This document shows positions 35,869 through 40,395 of a stretch of 40,395 nt of DNA, one piece after another. The translations under genes were made by a program, and so were the position numbers. Within the stretch, counting starts at the first letter, position 1; every line of letters starts with the position of its first letter. The notes under the pieces were generated by a model that worked only from the letters and a program-made list of their open reading frames with translations, was not told the DNA's origin and ran no database searches. The stretch is from Octopus bimaculoides (lineage: Eukaryota): assembly GCF_001194135.2 (NCBI RefSeq), contig NC_068995.1, positions 39,551,785 to 39,592,179 on the forward strand. Reading direction: 5' to 3'.

Positions 35869-38800
35869 NNNNNNNNNNNNNNNNNNNNNNNNNNNNNNNN
35901 NNNNNNNNNCAACATATATTTGTTGTTACATCTAAGCCAACGAACGATCACTTATGTAGTCTACTATCCCTGTTGAAATAACAATTTTTCTCTAGATCAC
36001 ACACATCTTTCAAAAGCGGTCACATGAACATACATAGTGTTACGAAATTGTAGACATCCTTAGAAAAATAACTAGTTGGTCACGACAAGAATGATTTGAT
36101 CACGTCTTCACAATCATGACTCACAAACAGTGAAAATGCATCTGCATTGTCTCATTCCCCATCACTACCACCATCACTACCATGACCACAGGTAATAGGT
36201 CTCAATTATTGTAGCACTAACTCATAGAACAACATCTACATGACCTTTGGCACGATTATTATCATTCTCATTAACTATAGTATATACTAATTACTAGCAT
36301 CTTCCTTAACTATATTACCTCAATAAATGTCACGCCAGTGACGGTATGCTTATGTGATGACTTGACCTGCTATAAATAGCGGCCAAATGTCGCTCAAATC
36401 ATACATTGCCGTCTCAAAGAAAATAACAAAAATAGTTTACGTCGGTTTAAATGATCTTGGGTTACTGACACATAGAATAAAAACGGGGGTTGGGTCGGCA
36501 AGAACTATTTCGATGATAGGTTATGTCTGATCGATCAGAACTGACCTTTGATTAACCAACAAAAACAACGACGGCAATAACAACAACAACGTTTATCATT
36601 ACGAAAACAATGATACCGTTAACACTATTGCTCCATTACTATCCCAATTGTTCCTATTGCTGTTACCATCTCAATCGCTTTCATATGTCGCTCAATTTAC
36701 CACTACTATCATCAATGCCATAATCGATGCCACAGGGCTGTTCAGTCACCGTCCAACTACCACCAGTGCTATACATCCCCAACAACAACAACAAGCAACA
36801 AGAAACAGCTCTACCATCATCGCCCCTACTAAGCTAGACAAACGGCTTAGTTCACACACCAGTAAGCGTCCTCTTCATCATCATCACTATCAACATCATC
36901 ATATTTATCATCATATTTATCATCATCGTCATCTTCATCAGCATCACCTCCAACGACACACCATCATTACTACCACTAAAACACACCTTCAGCACCATCG
37001 TCATTAAACCCGCCACCATCATCACCACCACCATCACCACCACCATCGGTACCGTCTTCATTATGGTTATATAACTATATCCCCGCAACAATTACAACCA
37101 AACCTCTTGAAATGCCATCGCCAACATTACTGCCATCGAATACAGTACTGACAACACCACCACCACCACAACCGCCACCGCCACCACAACCACTACCTCC
37201 AGCACTCCCACCACCAACACACACATCACACAGACATTGTTTATATCGAAATTTTGAAGAAACGAATTCATTTCCGATAAAAATTTGATTACATTCTATC
37301 AATTATATGTAATTAAGGTTCATTAAAGTTTTCAGCCTCTCTTTCATGTTTCCAACAGAAATGCTGAACGGAAATGACGTAAACAAGTTGATGGCTAGTT
37401 AGTTAAAACGAATTAGTTTTTCAATCCATTTTCTTTTTAATATGTTTATGATGGATGTTTCTTTCTTCAAGAATATATGAAGGAGAATAATAAAAATAAA
37501 CATTAAATAAAAATTAACAAAGCATAAAAATATAACGAATAATTTTTTGAATTATTTATTCTTTTTGTTCTAAGTTGTTTCTACATTTTTCATTTGATTT
37601 TTGTTGCATTTTGTAATTTTTTCCGCTAATTTTCTTTTGTGTAATGGAAATTAAAATCATTTTATTTCATTGATAATCCTTCATAAAACATGAAAATATA
37701 TTTACATGCATACATATGTATATATATGTATATATATNNNNNNNNNNNNNNNNNNNNNNNNNNNNNNNNNNNNNNNNNNNNNNNNNNNNNNNNNNNNNNN
37801 NNNNNNNNNNNNNNNNNNNNNNNNNNNNNNNNNNNNNNNNNNNNNNNNNNNNNNNNNNNNNNNNNNNNNNNNNNNNNNNNNNNNNNNNNNNNNNNNNNNN
37901 NNNNNNNNNNNNNNNNNNNNNNNNNNNNNNNNNNNNNNNNNNNNNNNNNNNNNNNNNNNNNNNNNNNNNNNNNNNNNNNNNNNNNNNNNNNNNNNNNNNN
38001 NNNNNNNNNNNNNNNNNNNNNNNNNNNNNNNNNNNNNNNNNNNNNNNNNNNNNNNNNNNNNNNNNNNNNNNNNNNNNNNNNNNNNNNNNNNNNNNNNNNN
38101 NNNNNNNNNNNNNNNNNNNNTATATATATGTATGTATGTATGTATATATGCAAATGTGGGCACAGGACGTCACGAGACGTGTGCAACAAAAAAAATACGA
38201 AGCAGGAGTACATGGAACATGAACTATTCTTTCGAATAACGAAAGACACAAATTGAAAAGAAAACAAGCAACATAAAGAACGACCCTTCATCAGTTGTTG
38301 GGTGTTTTTGTAGTCTCGTATTTTGAGCATTTAACAACAATAAACGCTTTCGATAAAACAGTTGGGAATTTTAGGACGATCAAAATTGGTGACACAAACT
38401 GGACTGTGAAAACAAACGGGAAGCGCTGCCAAGCCTGAAAGTGGTTGTAATAGCGAACGCGTAAATCAAGCTGGGACAGGAGACAAAAAAGAACACGTCT
38501 TCCTTGTTCCAGCTACAAATGGGAGAAAGAAAGATGGCCGATGGTCACATGGGCTACACCAGAACAAGGGAAGAGGAGTGAGGGAGAGATATTGACTGAG
38601 TAATAGGATAGAATAGTGTGAGGAGAGGAGGTAAAAGAATATGAGAGAGAACAAGAGAGAAAAACGAAAGAGTAAAAAGATCGTATAGAGTGCGCATTAT
38701 GTATGTATCTCTCTCTCAATATATATATGTATAATATTTCTCATAGAAGCCAATGTGTCTGAGGGGATGGTTCTGTGAATTGGGCGGTAGTGCACACAAT

Positions 38801-39099
38801 CTTTGAAAACGTATCTTTTATATGAAACGTCTGCGTAGTGCCATGCATCTGAAGGCAATACGCTGACACTTAAGAATAGAAATATAACAGCTACAGAAAC
38901 TACATAGTAAGAGAAATAATCTAAATGATCCTGAGGAAAACAGAAACATGCCAAATACGAAGATTAAAGCATCGATAACTCCTTAAATACAGGTCAACAA
39001 TAGAGAACGCAGAAAAAATATGGGTGCGTGGGAGAGTGGTGTATACATATACGTACACACATTTATCTCTCTCTCTCTCTCCTGCTATCTACATGTATA

Positions 39100-39133
<34 letters not shown>

Positions 39134-39202
39134 CGTGTGTATGTGTGTGTGTGTGTACATATAAGTATACACACATATACATGCACACAAGAACATATAT
39201 TC

Positions 39203-39220
39203 GAAACAGCTGTAAGACCT
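39203..39220 (+). repeat. Isolated 3' half of the same hammerhead/Penelope-like family as 23432-23507
   Basis: gaaacagctgtaagacct is identical (18/18) to the reverse complement of 23430-23447; no CTGANGA box upstream. Confidence 0.65.
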
Positions 39221-39795
39221 TCTATTTATAAATGTTCTATATTATACACAACCTTGGTTTTTTTAATCTCATTAAGAAAAGTAAATCCTTATATATATAT
39301 ATATANNNNNNNNNNNNNNNNNNNNNNNNNNNNNNNNNNNNNNNNNNNNNNNNNNNNNNNNNNNNNNNNNNNNNNNNNNNNNNNNNNNNNNNNNNNNNNN
39401 NNNNNNNNNNNNNNNNNNNNNNNNNNNNNNNNNNNNNNNNNNNNNNNNNNNNNNNNNNNNNNNNNNNNNNNNNNNNNNNNNNNNNNNNNNNNNNNNNNNN
39501 NNNNNNNNNNNNNNNNNNNNNNNNNNNNNNNNNNNNNNNNNNNNNNNNNNNNNNNNNNNNNNNNNNNNNNNNNNNNNNNNNNNNNNNNNNNNNNNNNNNN
39601 NNNNNNNNNNNNNNNNNNNNNNNNNNNNNNNNNNNNNNNNNNNNNNNNNNNNNNNNNNNNNNNNNNNNNNNNNNNNNNNNNNNNNNNNNNNNNNNNNNNN
39701 NNNNNNNNNNNNNNNNNNNNNNNNNNNNNNNNNNNNNNNNNNNNNNNNNNNNNNNNNNNNNNNNNNNNNNNNNNNNNNNNNNNNNNNNNNNNNNN

Positions 39796-39835
<40 letters not shown>

Positions 39836-40216
39836 GCTATGTGTGTACTTTGTATGTATGTGTGTATGTATGTATGTATGTATGCATGTATGCATGTATG
39901 TATGTGTGCATGTGTGTTTGCATGTGTGTATGCATGAATGTATATATATATATATAATGAGATAGAGAGAGACACTCACACATACACAGGTGTTTAGCAA
40001 CACATCTGTATCCACCGTCCATATAGTTATGCAAGCTGAATGTGACATGACCTTTATGTTATTATAGATGTTACTCGTTCAACTGACAACGATGAGCTGT
40101 GTGGAAAACTGCATATAACGTGCATTCATTATTGCACACATACAACAATCGAAATACGAACACACCCTGTTCGCATGCATGTGTGTGCGTGTGTGCATGT
40201 GTGTGTGTGTGTGTGT

Positions 40217-40257
<41 letters not shown>

Positions 40258-40395
40258 TGTGTCTGTGTGTTTGCATTTAGTCCTACATGAAGATATGTCT
40301 TTCAGTTTGCGCAGAGCGTGGTGATGAATAGGAACGAGAGAACGGGCTGGTGGCGATATAGGTAGGTCACCTGACTAGTTGCGCACCATGTCACA

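Noticed and set aside
38803-38835. Hammerhead-like TTGAAAA...GAAACGTC (also CTGAGGA...GAAACATG near 38930)
   Set aside because: Core boxes or the U16.1 position are wrong and no stem I forms; consistent with chance.

Overview
AT-rich, microsatellite-dense animal DNA from a draft assembly, with nine N-gaps. The SINE families and repeat texture suggest a cephalopod, probably Octopus (inference). I find no supportable host protein-coding gene; most ORFs in the supplied track are translations of simple repeats or gaps. The window does hold three tRNA-derived SINE families (CORE-type, a second tRNA-head family and a Nin/Deu-domain type), a decayed R4/Dong-like LINE 3' half, a Tx1/L1-clade reverse-transcriptase fragment and an ~890 bp non-autonomous mariner built from two inverted 5' ends. 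The most interesting signal is a dispersed set of Penelope-type minimal hammerhead ribozyme motifs. Two are near-complete (23432-23507, and a U3-A8 variant at 17601-17643), several are half-motifs, and a 131 bp palindrome carries a hammerhead 3' half in each arm. Other unexplained structures are a 213 bp fold-back next to a gap, a diverged ~295 bp inverted pair 3 kb apart, and a poly(T)-tailed insertion with a candidate target-site duplication.
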